Of a DNA stretch of 64,000 bases, positions 1 to 12,936 are shown one piece after another. This DNA comes from Lingula anatina (taxonomy: Eukaryota; Animalia; Brachiopoda): positions 8,246,001 through 8,310,000 of the forward strand of contig CM120647.1 of NCBI GenBank assembly GCA_051362555.1, given 5' to 3'. A model generated the notes under the pieces. That model did not search any database. It saw only the letters and a program-made list of their open reading frames with translations, and was not told the DNA's origin. Both the position numbers and the translations under genes were made by a program. How positions within the stretch are numbered: position 1 is the stretch's first letter; each line of letters begins with the position of its first letter.

Positions 1-1359
1 TGATTTTTATGCAGACACCTAAGAAGCTAGAATTTTGTCATACAAAAGAGGACATAAAATTGTAAGTTTCATTTACTTTACTTTATACAACTGTCATTGT
101 TACTATTAAATTCATATTGAGTTAAAATTTAGTTTTAGGTATATATATATTTACAAGTCTCAGTAAAATTTGGGTGTGGACTCGTGGATAATTTCAAAAG
201 AAGTGTGTCATTTTTCTTTATTATTTAATGTATTCACTTTATTAATATTTATTTATCTGTTTGTTTCTTTATATCTATATATATATAATGTGCTCTAGGG
301 TTTTTGTCAGTTATTTAAGCATATTTATTTTTACAGATTTGAACCATACATACGCACGTATACAGTCACACAAGTTTGTGTAGAGACAGTTAATCGTATG
401 AGTACAAATACAGTCTCCTCTTTTGTATCGAAGTGTCACCCGTCATAGGCCCACTATTTTTCAGAAAACGGCCCCTTTGAGGCAACTTTTCTGGTACCTT
501 TTAACATAATTCGTTCATTCTAACCCCCCCCCCTCTCAAGTTTCTGCCCAAGGTCCTTAAAAGAATTTCCTATTAGTATAATACATTTACTGTACTAAAG
601 CAATCTTTCAATTACGCTTTATGTGAAATTGTAATGGAACAGGCTGTTGAAAATATAATTGGTCTTCAGATGATGATAAATGATAGAAATTAAAATTTTT
701 AGACCTATTTCATCGTGGACAGCAGGATGGGCCGGATGAGAAATTAACAAATTGTTCATTTAGCAATGGTAGAACGGAAATATCCTGAAAAGGGGGGAGC
801 GGACTGTGTGTGTGTGTGTGTGTGTGTCCTTGATTGTAAACCCGACTGTCGCTGTGCTATTCTTTAACCTTAACATTAAAAAATATTATCATTATTACTT
901 TTTTGTTGTTGTTGTTAAAATCTCAATTTACAAATAATTAATTTAAACAAAACACTTTTTGTATCAAAAATAAGGTTTGATATACATGTTTCCAGCCTAA
1001 ACTCCAACTTAAAATTATCATTGCAATAAAAATTTAGATGCTGGAATTAATTGGGTTACTAATCGCAAAGTTTAGTGATGTATTTTTTCCTTTTTTATTT
1101 ATTTTTTACAAATAATATATCGATGTTTTAATTTGATCAGTAACCCCGTTGACGAGGAGAATGCTTTATGAAGTGTTTCTGGGTGGCCGGAACGGAGGAA
1201 AGTAATTTTATATTCTGAAGTGGTGGCCCGTTTAGAGAATTTTAATAGTCACATTTATTGGTTGTCAAATTTTCGATCAATATATTAATTTGGTTCCACA
1301 TACAGCAGCAATTTAAGTTTATGTCATTCACTTAAATGCTTATACGTAACTTGTGCATT

Positions 1360-1360
<1 letters not shown>

Positions 1361-1427
<67 letters not shown>
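1361..1427. repeat. (AT)n microsatellite
   Basis: About 32 perfect AT units, roughly 100 bp upstream of the ORF at 1532. Confidence 0.97.
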
Positions 1428-1428
<1 letters not shown>

Positions 1429-1531
1429 GCAGTAGTTTTGGTATATATTATGAGCAAATAAGCAAGATATCCCATAGAAGTATAACTTGTCACGGTAAAC
1501 GAACACGCACACAACAGACGACTAAAGGAAG

Positions 1532-1966
1532 ATGCTGCCCTCCGTCAACTTGATCGTGACCACGGCATGTGCAGGCCTCTTGCTCGTAGCTACTTTACCC
1601 GCACCCGGCACGCAGGATGGACAAGATGGTACTGCCATAGACGACCCGACCTCGGTGGAATCGATGTGCAAGATTGGCAACCTCACGAAAGATGGTCGCC
1701 CTCTCGTTGTGCTTCAACGAGACGGTACCTTGAAGGCGTGCAGCTGCGCTGCGCCCAGTGCCCCCTGCCCTGTGACGCCCTCTATAAATGCCACCTACAA
1801 TGACGTGTGCAACAGAGGGGTGGCCACGGCCTTGTACGATTTTGTCGCTCCCAGTTCGCCGGCGAATCCTTGGACGGTCTTCGTTTCTTGTCACTGTCAG
1901 TGCGACGAGGTGGCGACATGTCGACATGGTAACTGTATTGACTGGGTCATGTCTCTCAGACAATAA
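1532..1966 (+). CDS. Intronless secreted cysteine-rich protein, 144 aa, unknown family
   Basis: GC-rich ORF in an AT-rich background. Hydrophobic N-terminus (LIVTTACAGLLLVATL) resembles a signal peptide. Ten Cys in the mature part (CSC, CHCQC, C-x4-C) and N-glycosylation sequons NLT and NAT. AATAAA overlaps the stop (1962-1967). Confidence 0.7.
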   Translation: MLPSVNLIVTTACAGLLLVATLPAPGTQDGQDGTAIDDPTSVESMCKIGNLTKDGRPLVVLQRDGTLKACSCAAPSAPCPVTPSINATYNDVCNRGVATALYDFVAPSSPANPWTVFVSCHCQCDEVATCRHGNCIDWVMSLRQ

Positions 1967-4900
1967 ATAGGTAAATACACGCATGTATACTTCAATTCAT
2001 CTTACCTACAGTGGTCGGAATAATTTTGTTTCCGTTGTACACCGGTGTAACCACGTTCGAAATGTTTTAATCCCTATCTTGTGAATAGAAGGGGGCGGAC
2101 AAACAATGGAGGGCCGTATAAATCCCTTCAAAATTCGAACGCACAAACACAATAGCTTAGGTGGAATAACACAATACTTAATACGTGTGAACCCCATGAC
2201 GCCGGTTTCTGTGGCCCAGCGCGAGCGGGACAATCCGCTGTAACTAGGTGTAATTAACAGCAGGATGCATCAGCCAGAAGGTCCCTATTGTTTGTTGCGG
2301 CGATAGGATTATAGCTTGAAGAGGCTAAACCCATGCTAAGGCGTGCCACGCGAAGCGAACTGTCCTTTTGTTCACTAGTTTGGCACGCGCAGCTGGTTTT
2401 TAGTGTTGCTAACAAACTGCTAGTTAAATTTGTTATCAGTTATTTCATCCTATATGAAATTTCCGCAGTCAAAAATTGAACTAATTATTGTTTGTTTGGT
2501 TGAAATGCATGAGCGTCAGCATCAATCTGTCTAAAAAAATTCCTATTGCATTAATTTATAAATGTATTATTTATTTATGTACTTACGTTTTAATTTGAAA
2601 TATCTGCATTCAAGCGTTCAAGTATTTATAAAACATGAATGATAATGAAAGAGGAATAAGGAAATAACATATTACTTATATTATGCTTATATTATAATAT
2701 TGAAATTAAATGAGGTGCATTGACATAGGCGCAATGACAATCCAACTACAACGTGCAACAGGGGGAAGTCTGGCTGTATGATCATACAATATACGAAAGT
2801 ACGGTCAATTAAAAGTGTAAATCATCAGTTAAATAGGAGGGGGTCTTACTATGGTCGCTATATATTGTTAAACCCGACTGTTATTGTCTCTCGAACAAGC
2901 TTAAAGCATGCCTATACAATTACTGTGTCTCCGGCTGCCGTTCAGAAACACCATGTCGAACGTATTTTGCTACAGTGAGAAACATGGTACACTAGCGACT
3001 TGTTTTAGATCACTCAAGAAAGGATGCATACGTGCGACACCAGAGGAAAAACAATCAAGTATGCGTCTGATCCATTAATAGTAATTGCACAGTGCATGTT
3101 ACTAGACCTTTGTCCTAACTCAGTAGTTAGGAATAGGATGTTTGGATAAAAAGCTTCTATTCAACTCGCTTAGACCTAGGGCGTGATGCTATCATCCGAT
3201 GAAACACGTAACTGCACCCTCTACCTGAACCTGAAGTCCCTTTATCTGAAACAAAAACTGCCCCTTGAACATGTCCATTTTTTAATCGTCAAATGATTTG
3301 TGATTTCATTGAACGTCTTTGATCGAAAGCTTTCAAGTGACAATAACCGAACCATGTGTTGATTATTTATTAAAGCGTAATTAAGTTTATTCAACATGAT
3401 CTATTTTGTAAACGATACTTGCCAAGATTGAGCTTGGATTGATCACCGTCACTATTTAGCTACTCGCCTATAATGCGTGCTGAACAACAGAAAACTTAAA
3501 AATATTATCTGTGTAACTGTGCAAATGCAAATGTTAAAATATAACAAAGCCGGCATCTAATCCATCGAACATATTTATATTTGTTCCTTTTAAACCAGTG
3601 TAAGGGTAACGCCAAATCAAAGCAAGCCTTGCAGACTGGTTTTGTTTAAACTGTCGTGCATCAAGTAAAGCTAAGTAAAGCCTGTTTCTACTTCGCAGTG
3701 TTCAACCCAGCCATAAAACTGCATGAAGGATAACAAGACTCCGTAGACCTGTGCTTCAGGTTTCCAGGAGTCCCGTGTAACACAATAATATCGAAGGCCT
3801 GAGAGTAATACATATATGAGGCCGTGTATGAAAGATTTAACAAATTAGAAATTCAAGAATTTAAACATGCTAGGTACATGCACATCACTTAATAAGTCAT
3901 TTCACAAAAATCGCATCTAATTGTTTAGATTAACCTTTACTTTTATCGATCTCATCCCATTGTCTCAACCACCTAATAGAAATATAGAGAACATGGGGAA
4001 AAGTAACACGTTTACATGCAGGCGGAGGAGTTATACTTCAATATTAATCGCGAACAATATCAACAGCGACTAAAGACCGTTGCCTGTCTTTCACACTTTT
4101 ACACAAACACACGAAGGTTTAATAAAAGGAGTCGCGGCGCGATATCTACAGGTATCTCTTTCATTCGAACAAGCAAAGGGCTGACCCGAAGTAAGCTTTC
4201 TATACTAATGCCCTTTTTATTGTGTATTGTAATAATTCTACTTGCTCGCCTCCATTGTCTTGTAAAAGTGACAAAGAATGTGTTGTATTCACACACGAGA
4301 TGAAAGAACTCCTTTACCTTAAGTTGCATAATGTCTTTCTCAAGGTTATAATCAGTGTGAAGAGGGTGTCTTGCCTCATTTAAAAAGGGTGTTGTTCTTC
4401 TACTGGTTGTTGCTTAACTTATGCTAATCTTAAACTTTTATGTACCAATATGGTTTTAATAAATCGCTAAAATTATCAATTTAATGAACATTGTGTATCA
4501 AACGTTTTGATACGATTTAAATAAATGGACGAGGAGGATTACGGTATTAGGTTCTATTTACCTCTGGCTTTAACTTCGCCCTGCTATATAAATGAACAAA
4601 TGTTGCAGATCGTAACAAAAACTTTCTTATAGTGTTTTATGACATATATGATTTACACATTTGATAGTGAAACACTCCTCGACTTTAACGAATCACCTGA
4701 CGTAAACTGTCTACCCGCGCTCCCCAAAAAAACTGTTTCTTTTAATTTTGAAATGAATTGCTTTTAAGGCAAAGAAGTCCATTAAACCATTTAGTCTCAA
4801 TATCATTGTACAGCATGTTGTAATCGATATTTAAAAAAGTTAATTTTTGTACTCCGCTTTCATCGAGGATACCTCAAGTTGAGGTTACAATTACGTCGCT

Positions 4901-7900
4901 CGCCTATGCTACTGGAATATATATTTAAGGACAATTTAAGCTTTGTAAAGTCCCTATTGTCACACACCATAGATACTTTATTTTGTCTTGAATGAAAAAA
5001 TAGCCTCAAATTATCGTTTTGTGCTTAAACCTTTCATTACTTGAACCAAGATCTGTACTATAGCTACCAAGACGTACATGCATCAAGTTGGGTCTGCTGG
5101 GGGAGGGGAGCATTTAAATGATAAACGAGGAAGTCTACCTGCAAAAGCAGCAGCAGTGGTTTAAATAATCGCTATCTAGACTCCTTTTTCTTTGACATCA
5201 ACATAAAAAGTGTTTAGGGAGAAAGTCACACAAAGACCCGACGTTGTTTTGTCTTCAGCATTTCCTCTTCCTTGTTATCTGCAATTACTATCGTCAATTA
5301 ATGAAATCGAGAAAGCAATTAAGTGACGGCACATTGAATATAGTCACTAGGTGCATTTCGCTGAGTGTTTACAAGATCTAGCGACACATTTTATCGCCAC
5401 GCGTTCTAGTTTGATTAGTTTAGAAAATTAAACAGTTACTCTGTCGGCTCTCCGTCATTGCTATGAATCTGACATCGAATTTAGTCCAAAATATTAGTAA
5501 ATTCAGAATTATTAGCTAAAACGTAAATTGCCCTAATTTGTCAGATAATCAAAAATGCCGGTGATCCACGCGGAGGGTACGCTTTCCTGAAGGTAGCGGC
5601 GACGAACGGCGACGATATTTTTCTGAATAGTGAACCTTTATTAGTTACGAAAAGCCCCCTTTTCAACAGGCGCGTTTTATTAATTACTTCATGTCACAAA
5701 GTTAATTTATACAGGCAAAACTTTATTTTAAGGAAATAGTTTCACGAAATGAACGAGAGTAAAATATTAGTCGGCACAAATATAAGGCATACAACAATGA
5801 GTCATGTTATGGATCATGTTATGGGCCATGTCGGATTATAATGGCATACCTTGATGCAAAACAGTCTATCGTTTCTTCCACCGCGAGTCCCTTTATTTAA
5901 TGTAATGTATTACTCATAACCCGTTTCATTTGACACTCTCTCTTTTTATCTCCCTTCCCCTTTCTCTTGTTAGAAGGAGGGTACATAATTAAGCACTCAA
6001 AATCTGCACCACCAATCTTCAGAAAAACAGAAGTCAACGAACCAGTGGGCTGATCCACAACATCTGACACAGCAGAATGAATCAAATAACAGCTAGCACA
6101 AATTTATATGCAGTTAGCTATAGTGTCACTACATACATAATCAGCTGCACGCGCGAAGCTGTTGAACAAAAGGATAGTTCGCTACGGGAGACCGTTTGTT
6201 TACATAAGTACTCTAAGGGGGCGTGGCTACCCAGGCGACCAAGGGATTAGGCTAGTTACTATATGCCGTCAACAATCGTTTAGCGACCCTATCATTATAC
6301 ACTCTCTCTATTGTATTTTCCACCGCATTAATCGCAGTGTAATCTTCAAATGGTCCACGGGGTAAATGTACACATTCTTAATCCGAGTACGGTATGTAAA
6401 ACAATATTCCTAAGTTCAGTGAGGAATAACAAAAATTAACCTTTAAATCTGCTGCAAAACATTTTTAAATAGTTACGGAAGAAAAGCATTGATAAGAGCC
6501 TTTTAGTTGTCCCGTCAGCAGTTAAATTTTCAGATAAGTTACAAATTTGAAAAGGGCGATTTACATCTTTTGAAACACCCAAAATACGAAACGTCAGAAG
6601 CTGCGCTTGAAAACTTTACCCACGGCTGTTGCAGCCAATCTGATTGCAGGGAGCTTACGTGATGTTTAGTGAGCCTTATGTTGAAAAAACTTGCAATATC
6701 TGCACGCAGCTGCCGCTACCAGAGGTTAGTGTCCAGTATTACCTGAAACTCAGGCTTGGTCCTCCATGTGATACTTAATATACGCCTTCTTCTTATCGTC
6801 AGCATACTTATCCAATATGTTGTTACAGGGTATTGTTTTTTTTTTATTATTTTATTTTAGGTGAAGAGCCCGTTTGGAATTCCCAGGCATCAATAAAGAC
6901 CTTAATGACAGCAAGCAGAACTGTAACCGATAACGCTATAACGACAGAAAACGAAACCCCTCTGAGCCAGAGCGGAAATGTGGCGGAAAGTGAGCAATCG
7001 CACCCTGCGTTTAAGAGGTCCATAAAAACTCACCTCTCCGTCGTCACTTATCAGTGTGCCGCCAGGGGGCGCTAGCAGACCCAAACCAATGGTTTACATA
7101 TTTTACTTAAAATTTCAAACTAAATAAATAGTTTAATAAAAAGTTTCTGCATCTGATATGCCCTCTTAGAGTTGTGCTTCGTGTAGTACTCAAACTACGT
7201 TTCGAGATCACAAGTATTTTATGTATTTATTTGGAAGGGGTTGATTCACAGTAAATCCATGCGCATGCCAGCCTCCGAACGTGCTGCCTCTTCTGTCACA
7301 GTAAACAAGTAAAGTAAACAAATAAAGCTTTCGAAAATCAGCTGAGATTTTAGCAGCCCATCTTTGGTCTGCTGACAGTCAGATTTCATCAGGAAAATGG
7401 AGGTTTTGATGGGTATTAAAACCACATTTCGCTGTCACAGGAAATATATACAAATACATAAATGTTAGAAACGTGAGTTTTGAGACGAATCTAAAACCCA
7501 GGGTGACAAGGGAGAGATTTCCTAAACAATTCCCGCGGGACGTATTTCCGATACCAGCAAAACGGGTGGTGTGAATCCGCTGAAATATATACACCACACT
7601 ACTGCTGCAGATGGTAGCTGAGTAATTTCCGTTGAACTTAACTTCATTTCAGCATAAATGGCTTTTCTGATTTTCAGCACTGTATGAGGTGAAATAAAAT
7701 CTGTGTCATCACCAAGCAGCTTGTGTATCCTACTCTTATTGGTAGGCCCTACTACTCTGTGTTTTATGTGTTATATAAAGTTGCGACAGAGTAGGCTTTT
7801 CCTTGTCTATTTTGTAGTTGTAGTGGTCAAATGTTCGATGCATCGACATGCATGACTCAAGCCTTTTTATTGACTGTTGAAAACAGATAGCGCATTTGTC

Positions 7901-8278
7901 TAGGCCTCTATATATTGTCTTAAAAAGAAAGAGAAAAGGAAAGTAAAAGATTAATTTAATCGTGCATGTATGAGTAATACAGGGGAGCAATCCCCTGACA
8001 TTAACGAAGTAATTAACACCCTTATAAACAATTTTACCAGAAAATCCCCTTTTCTCATTGTCAACGCGGATTTCGAGCACGATGGAGGTGTGAAAACCCA
8101 AAAAAAAAAAAAAACACCGTGCGCCGATTGGCTTAGAGTTGCCTAAGATTGACAGCCAGCGATTGGTCAATGAAATAAATGAAATAGGTCACTTATATTG
8201 AACAAAGCTACTACGTACAGGGCAATCACGCCGCAGTACATTTAGATCGGTCTTGATAGGTAAGCTTCAATAACCACC

Positions 8279-11200
8279 ATGGACAGAGAGTCAACGTCTA
8301 ATCACACTGGAAGTCGTACAAGTAAGACGATTTTAGATGATATTAGCGACTCCAGTGACTATGTCGTCGTCTTCAAAGGAGACACTGGCCAAAAACTTGT
8401 ACAGCTTATGGAGGAAAACAACAGACAACAGCAGTCCATCATAAACCTGCTCAAAGCCCTGGTGGAGAGGGGGGCGTCCGATCAGTCCGATCCCCCCAGC
8501 CCCTATTCTGGGAAGAGAAAGAGGGGCAGCTCGGAGAGTCTTAGCGTCGACAAGGAGTGCAGAGTGAGTTGTAAATTGACTTCCTTATAATTCAGTGTAC
8601 TTCCATGGTCAATATTGTAGTGGCTGGTCGGGGTGGGCCCGGGCTTGGTAGCCTAGTTGGCAAGGGCAGTCGCACGGTTTGCAAGAGTCCTTGGGTTCGA
8701 ATCCCTGTCGAACCGGGTGCCTCCCCCCCCTCCCCCAAATAGCTACAATATGCACTAGCTACATGATCGAGCTACTAGAAGTGAAAAGAGTGATATCAAG
8801 AGGCAACCGAGCCGGTGGTTTACAATATTTGATTTAATACGAAAAGCTAAATAAGATGTTTTGATATGGGACGTGTATACTAGCTGTGCAACACGAATAT
8901 TACACCAATAAGTATAAGAAGTAATATTACAAAGAAAAAAATTGAAAAGGTCCCCTCTGGGTAAAAATTTATCTAGGTACGCGAAGGATGGTAAAAGATC
9001 CACTTTTTCCGAAAAAGAAACCCTCCCCCCCACTCCTCCGCCCCCCATTGAAATTGCTGGCTACGGGCCTGCAACCGTTTCTTATGTAATGAAAGGAGGA
9101 AGAAGGTGAATTTTCAGTGTCCTCTGGAACTCAGGACGACAGAACTTTGAACTGATAAGTAATATAAGGGCGTATAATGGTGTATAAGCATTAAAACGCT
9201 TTTTATGACTAATGTAAATATTAGACTGCTTGTACGTAGAAAATAACATGAAGACGCCAACAGCTAGCTATGGGCATACTAGAATTCGCCTTGACATATA
9301 AGGTACAATTAATCAATGAAATGATAGAAAATTTAAGGGACAAAGATGACAACATTTCTACAGTACACCAATTCTAACTTTATATTACAGTGATTGTAAC
9401 AGTGTACCACAGCACAAAAAGACCCACTACTTTACGGTTCAGGAGATGACTCTGAAAATGCCCTTTAGAAACCAGTCAGATGCGGAAAGCTCTTTAGAAA
9501 TGATAAAAGCCTGCACTCTCCATGACTTGTCTAACCGCCATCTGAAAAATGTGAGACGCACCATACTAAGCCTTTACACAGGCTTTCTATTCACGCTGAG
9601 GAAATTATAATTGCAACGACCTTTACAAAAGAATATCCGCTCAGAGTAAAGGCGCTTATATATCGACAGCTTTTATCAACTTTAATACTCGTTTCCGCTC
9701 CGGTACATGCGTTAAGAGTTGGCGGTTTCAGCACATGTAATACCCCTTTCAGACCTGGTAAATGGGTTGGTATTTACAGTTTTTAGCATCACTACTGGGA
9801 CAGAATAGCTGCTGCAAGGCTAAAATTGTCTGCCATAGTTTAGCTATTGAAATGAGGCGGTCAGCCAGAACGTCAAGTGAAAATAGACTTCACGCATGGC
9901 GTTGTCTTACAGCAAGCGGGACATGCCATTTGGGAATGTGAAGATGCAAGTCCCTCACGGTTGTAAATATATAGAGACCATATCTTCCCATGGCCAAGTT
10001 AATATGCAATATCAAAGTTTATATTTTGATTTGTCCAGTTTTCGCTTCAGTTAATAAAGAATGGAAAATGAATCACAAACACAACGAAGCTCAAATCCTT
10101 GATGAGGTCTATGGGATATATACGACACTGGAACTCATACCATTTGTACATGAGTGTCCAATATAGAATTTGATTTACTTTTTTTAAATCAAAACGCAAT
10201 ATTTCTTAGTACATATTTATACTGATTTTTCCAGGATTAAAAAAGGCAGGGGAATTTACTTATCAATAGTTTTTGACCTCCTTTTAGTTTAATTGTTCAT
10301 ATTTGATAATATCAAGAATGTTGTGAATTAAAAATTGTCACTACTCAAGCACTAATAGACACCGCAATAGAACTTACATTTGCATTGATTAAGATAACTT
10401 AGATAAATTCACCAGAGAGATTTATCGATTTTTTGTAAATAACACACTTATATTATATATATTTGTGCATCAGCTATACATTACACTGAAGGCTAATGAA
10501 ACATTTTCTTTTTGCCTCCCACCAGACGGCTTTGAGAGACACCTATCGGACAATAATTAGGCACAGCTCTGTCGGCTGGGATTTTGAGCAAAGGTATGGT
10601 GCGCTCGCAGTCTTGCTGCATAGTAAATGTATGATCTTGCTTCACAAAAGGGGGGGGGGATGTTTTTCCGAAATGTTTTTAAAACCAAATATGAAATAGA
10701 ATGTGTCGAGAACAATTTCACTGTAACATGTAGGGCAAACTGTTTTGGAGGGAAGAAGGGGGCATGTTAGAAGTAACGTCCGCGTTACTCCCCCCAGCAA
10801 AATTACGATATTGCCAACACTGTTACTCACTCCCCGTCTCGTTGCTTCTTAGATAGCTATTTAGGTATATACAGTTAAAGGTACATACGAACCGAGCATC
10901 GGTGGAGCGTGGATTCCCAGTAACACATATAAACCACTTCTACTAGTTTCTTATACGACTCTAATAAATTCGACATGCGAAGGGATAAATGAATACATCA
11001 CCCGATCAACCATAAAAGAGCTCTAGACTGCTCCTTTCTTTAAATTTTTGGTTGTCAATTTAACCTACTTTCGTGACCTACTTTTCTGCCCCTTTGACGT
11101 ACAGCGTAGAATGCTAGCAGAAAAATCTTTTCGGACATCACTTTCGGGTAAAATTAAACAATGCCTTTTGGTAATTCTCTTAGTTATACTACTTGAAAGT

Positions 11201-12936
11201 ATATGCTGGCATTTGGTTGGTTTTTATGACAAAAAATTGACTTTGTATGTATCTTTAAAAATTTAGTGCTTTTACCAGTTGGAGGGGGGAGGGGGGGTAA
11301 TACTGTTTTGGAAGGGAGAAGGGGACACCTCAGAAACAACGTCGCCGCATCGTTACCAAGCAAAATTACGATGTATCTAGCACCGTTACTTCCTTGCTCC
11401 TCTACCCAGCCAATTACAATATGGGTGACAATTACAATATTCTCAGTAAGGAGTTTGTATTAAATTTATGTTTTAAATTAAATTTTATTTTAACGGGACT
11501 GGGAGTGTTAACGGTGCAGGGACGTATAGAGATCCAATTTAAATCACTCAACCCTATTTTTAATCTTACTTTTTCAGCTTTACTGCTCCACCCAACCTGG
11601 CCGTCACTGAGGCCGTAGTTACAGAAATAAGGAGGAAATATTCACAAGATGGAACGCCCAAGTGGTCTGAACCCATGATAAATGGTAGGTTTCAGGCTAC
11701 ACGTTTCTCGTTATTAAACGTGATTGTTACACCTCTATGTTGAAGGCTGTGATATCGGTCATTCATTTACTATTATAATGAATTTATCACTGATTTCACC
11801 TTTTATCGGAGTATGCTCATAAAAACGCGTTTTTTGACAAAAACACGGTTTTGAAGAAATTATGAACAACCTTTGATGTTTTTGCTGTATTGTCAAAAAA
11901 TATAATTATAGTTAGTATAATAAAATCAGTAGAAAAAGATTACTGAGAAACAATATATGGTGCTATCTATAATTCAAGAAAAAGTCTCATGTTTTTATTT
12001 CAGCGGCGTGTCGTGTTTACTACCGTTCACTGAGAGACGACTTTAAGAGAAGCAATGAAGGAACAAAAGACAGACACAGGGAGCGGATTAGGAGGAACGA
12101 AAGGCTGAAAAGGGTACGTATGGGTATCCTCTATTGCCTGGGCTCGACCAAATTAAAAAATATGGATAAAATTTTGCCCTACACAATGGAGAAATTATTT
12201 GGTTTACACACTCATTTAGCTTATTTTTATCAAAGCCTCAAATAATAAATAAACGATACATTATCCGGGCTTACTTGTTTTTTATATTTTAACTATGAAG
12301 AACTTTTTTGACTAAGGTATTTTATAGTTATTTTTTTTAAATTACTAATAAGTATTTAATAAGTAATCGATTAGATATATGATCTCTGGATTTAATAAAT
12401 ATCCGTGACAAATTTGTTCAATAAGCCAGTTACGATCTCGTCAATAATATTTCGTAAATATTTTAGGCACATTGAGCGTAAGACCATTATGCGCGCATTT
12501 TTTTTCTTCAAATGTCCACATTCTTCCCTAACCACCAAGGTGAACAAGCTTTAATTTTTGTTTCAAGGTTTTGTATTGATTTTATCACTAATGTAATTTG
12601 TACATCTTTGAAATTTTACAGAAATTATCCAGAAGACAAACTGCCCTCAAGGACATAGATTGGAGCGAGGAAGAGAAAAAGAAAGTGGAAGAAATACTTG
12701 TGAAAGACTTTATGTCCAGCGATGAAGAGGAGGACGGTGGCAGCTATGTTAAATCTCTGGAATGGGAATCGGAAACCTTAAGGCATTACAAAATGGAACT
12801 GGATCATTTTTACGTTGAAAAACAAAATGCGAGAACGGTTAATGCCATGATTTTACCGGAAAGAAACGGGGGCTATTTTTCTTTGCGGAAAAAGCCAGAA
12901 AATTGTCCCTCGTGGGCAAGTCTTTCTTTCACGTAA
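8279..12936 (+). CDS. C14orf93-like uncharacterised protein, about 294 aa, 5 exons
   Basis: Exons 8279-8563, 10526-10593, 11578-11684, 12004-12113, 12622-12936. All introns are GT-AG and phases are consistent (885 nt). Motifs ACRVYYRSLRDDF, basic RRNERLKRKLSRR and acidic FMSSDEEE...SLEWES resemble the C14orf93-like family. AATAAA near 13218. Family call is by motif recall only. Confidence 0.75.
8616..8747 (+). mobile_element. 132-bp solo-LTR-like element containing a tRNA-derived Pol III promoter (Helenus/Ajax-type non-autonomous LTR element; otherwise a tRNA-SINE)
   Basis: TGTAG...CTACA termini and 4-bp TSD ATAT (8612-8615 and 8748-8751). A-box TAGCCTAGTTGG and B-box GGTTCGAATCC inside. Confidence 0.65.
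10738..11395 (+). repeat. Pair of diverged ~95-bp direct repeats in intron 2 of the C14orf93-like gene (about 10738-10830 and 11301-11395)
   Basis: Both read ACTGTTTTGGA.GG.AGAAGGGG...AGCAAAATTACGAT...CAC.GTTACT. Confidence 0.7.

Noticed and set aside
1324-1553. ORFs of IY repeats, and similar CV/HT-repeat ORFs at 41830-42268 and 45633-45957
   Set aside because: They are translations of microsatellites.
6211-8100. Possible TIR elements (CTCTAAG.GGGC pair at 6211/7171; GGGTT..CAC pair at about 7237/8099)
   Set aside because: The inverted matches are short, with no TSD and no second copy in the window. They may be old TE remnants but cannot be supported.
8640-8712. Functional tRNA gene
   Set aside because: A and B boxes are present but I could not fold a convincing acceptor stem, and the sequence is enclosed in LTR-like termini with a TSD.
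9480-9990. Coding-like patch in intron 1 of the C14orf93-like gene (CGKLF.. zinc-finger-like fragment)
   Set aside because: Interrupted by stops with no complete motif.
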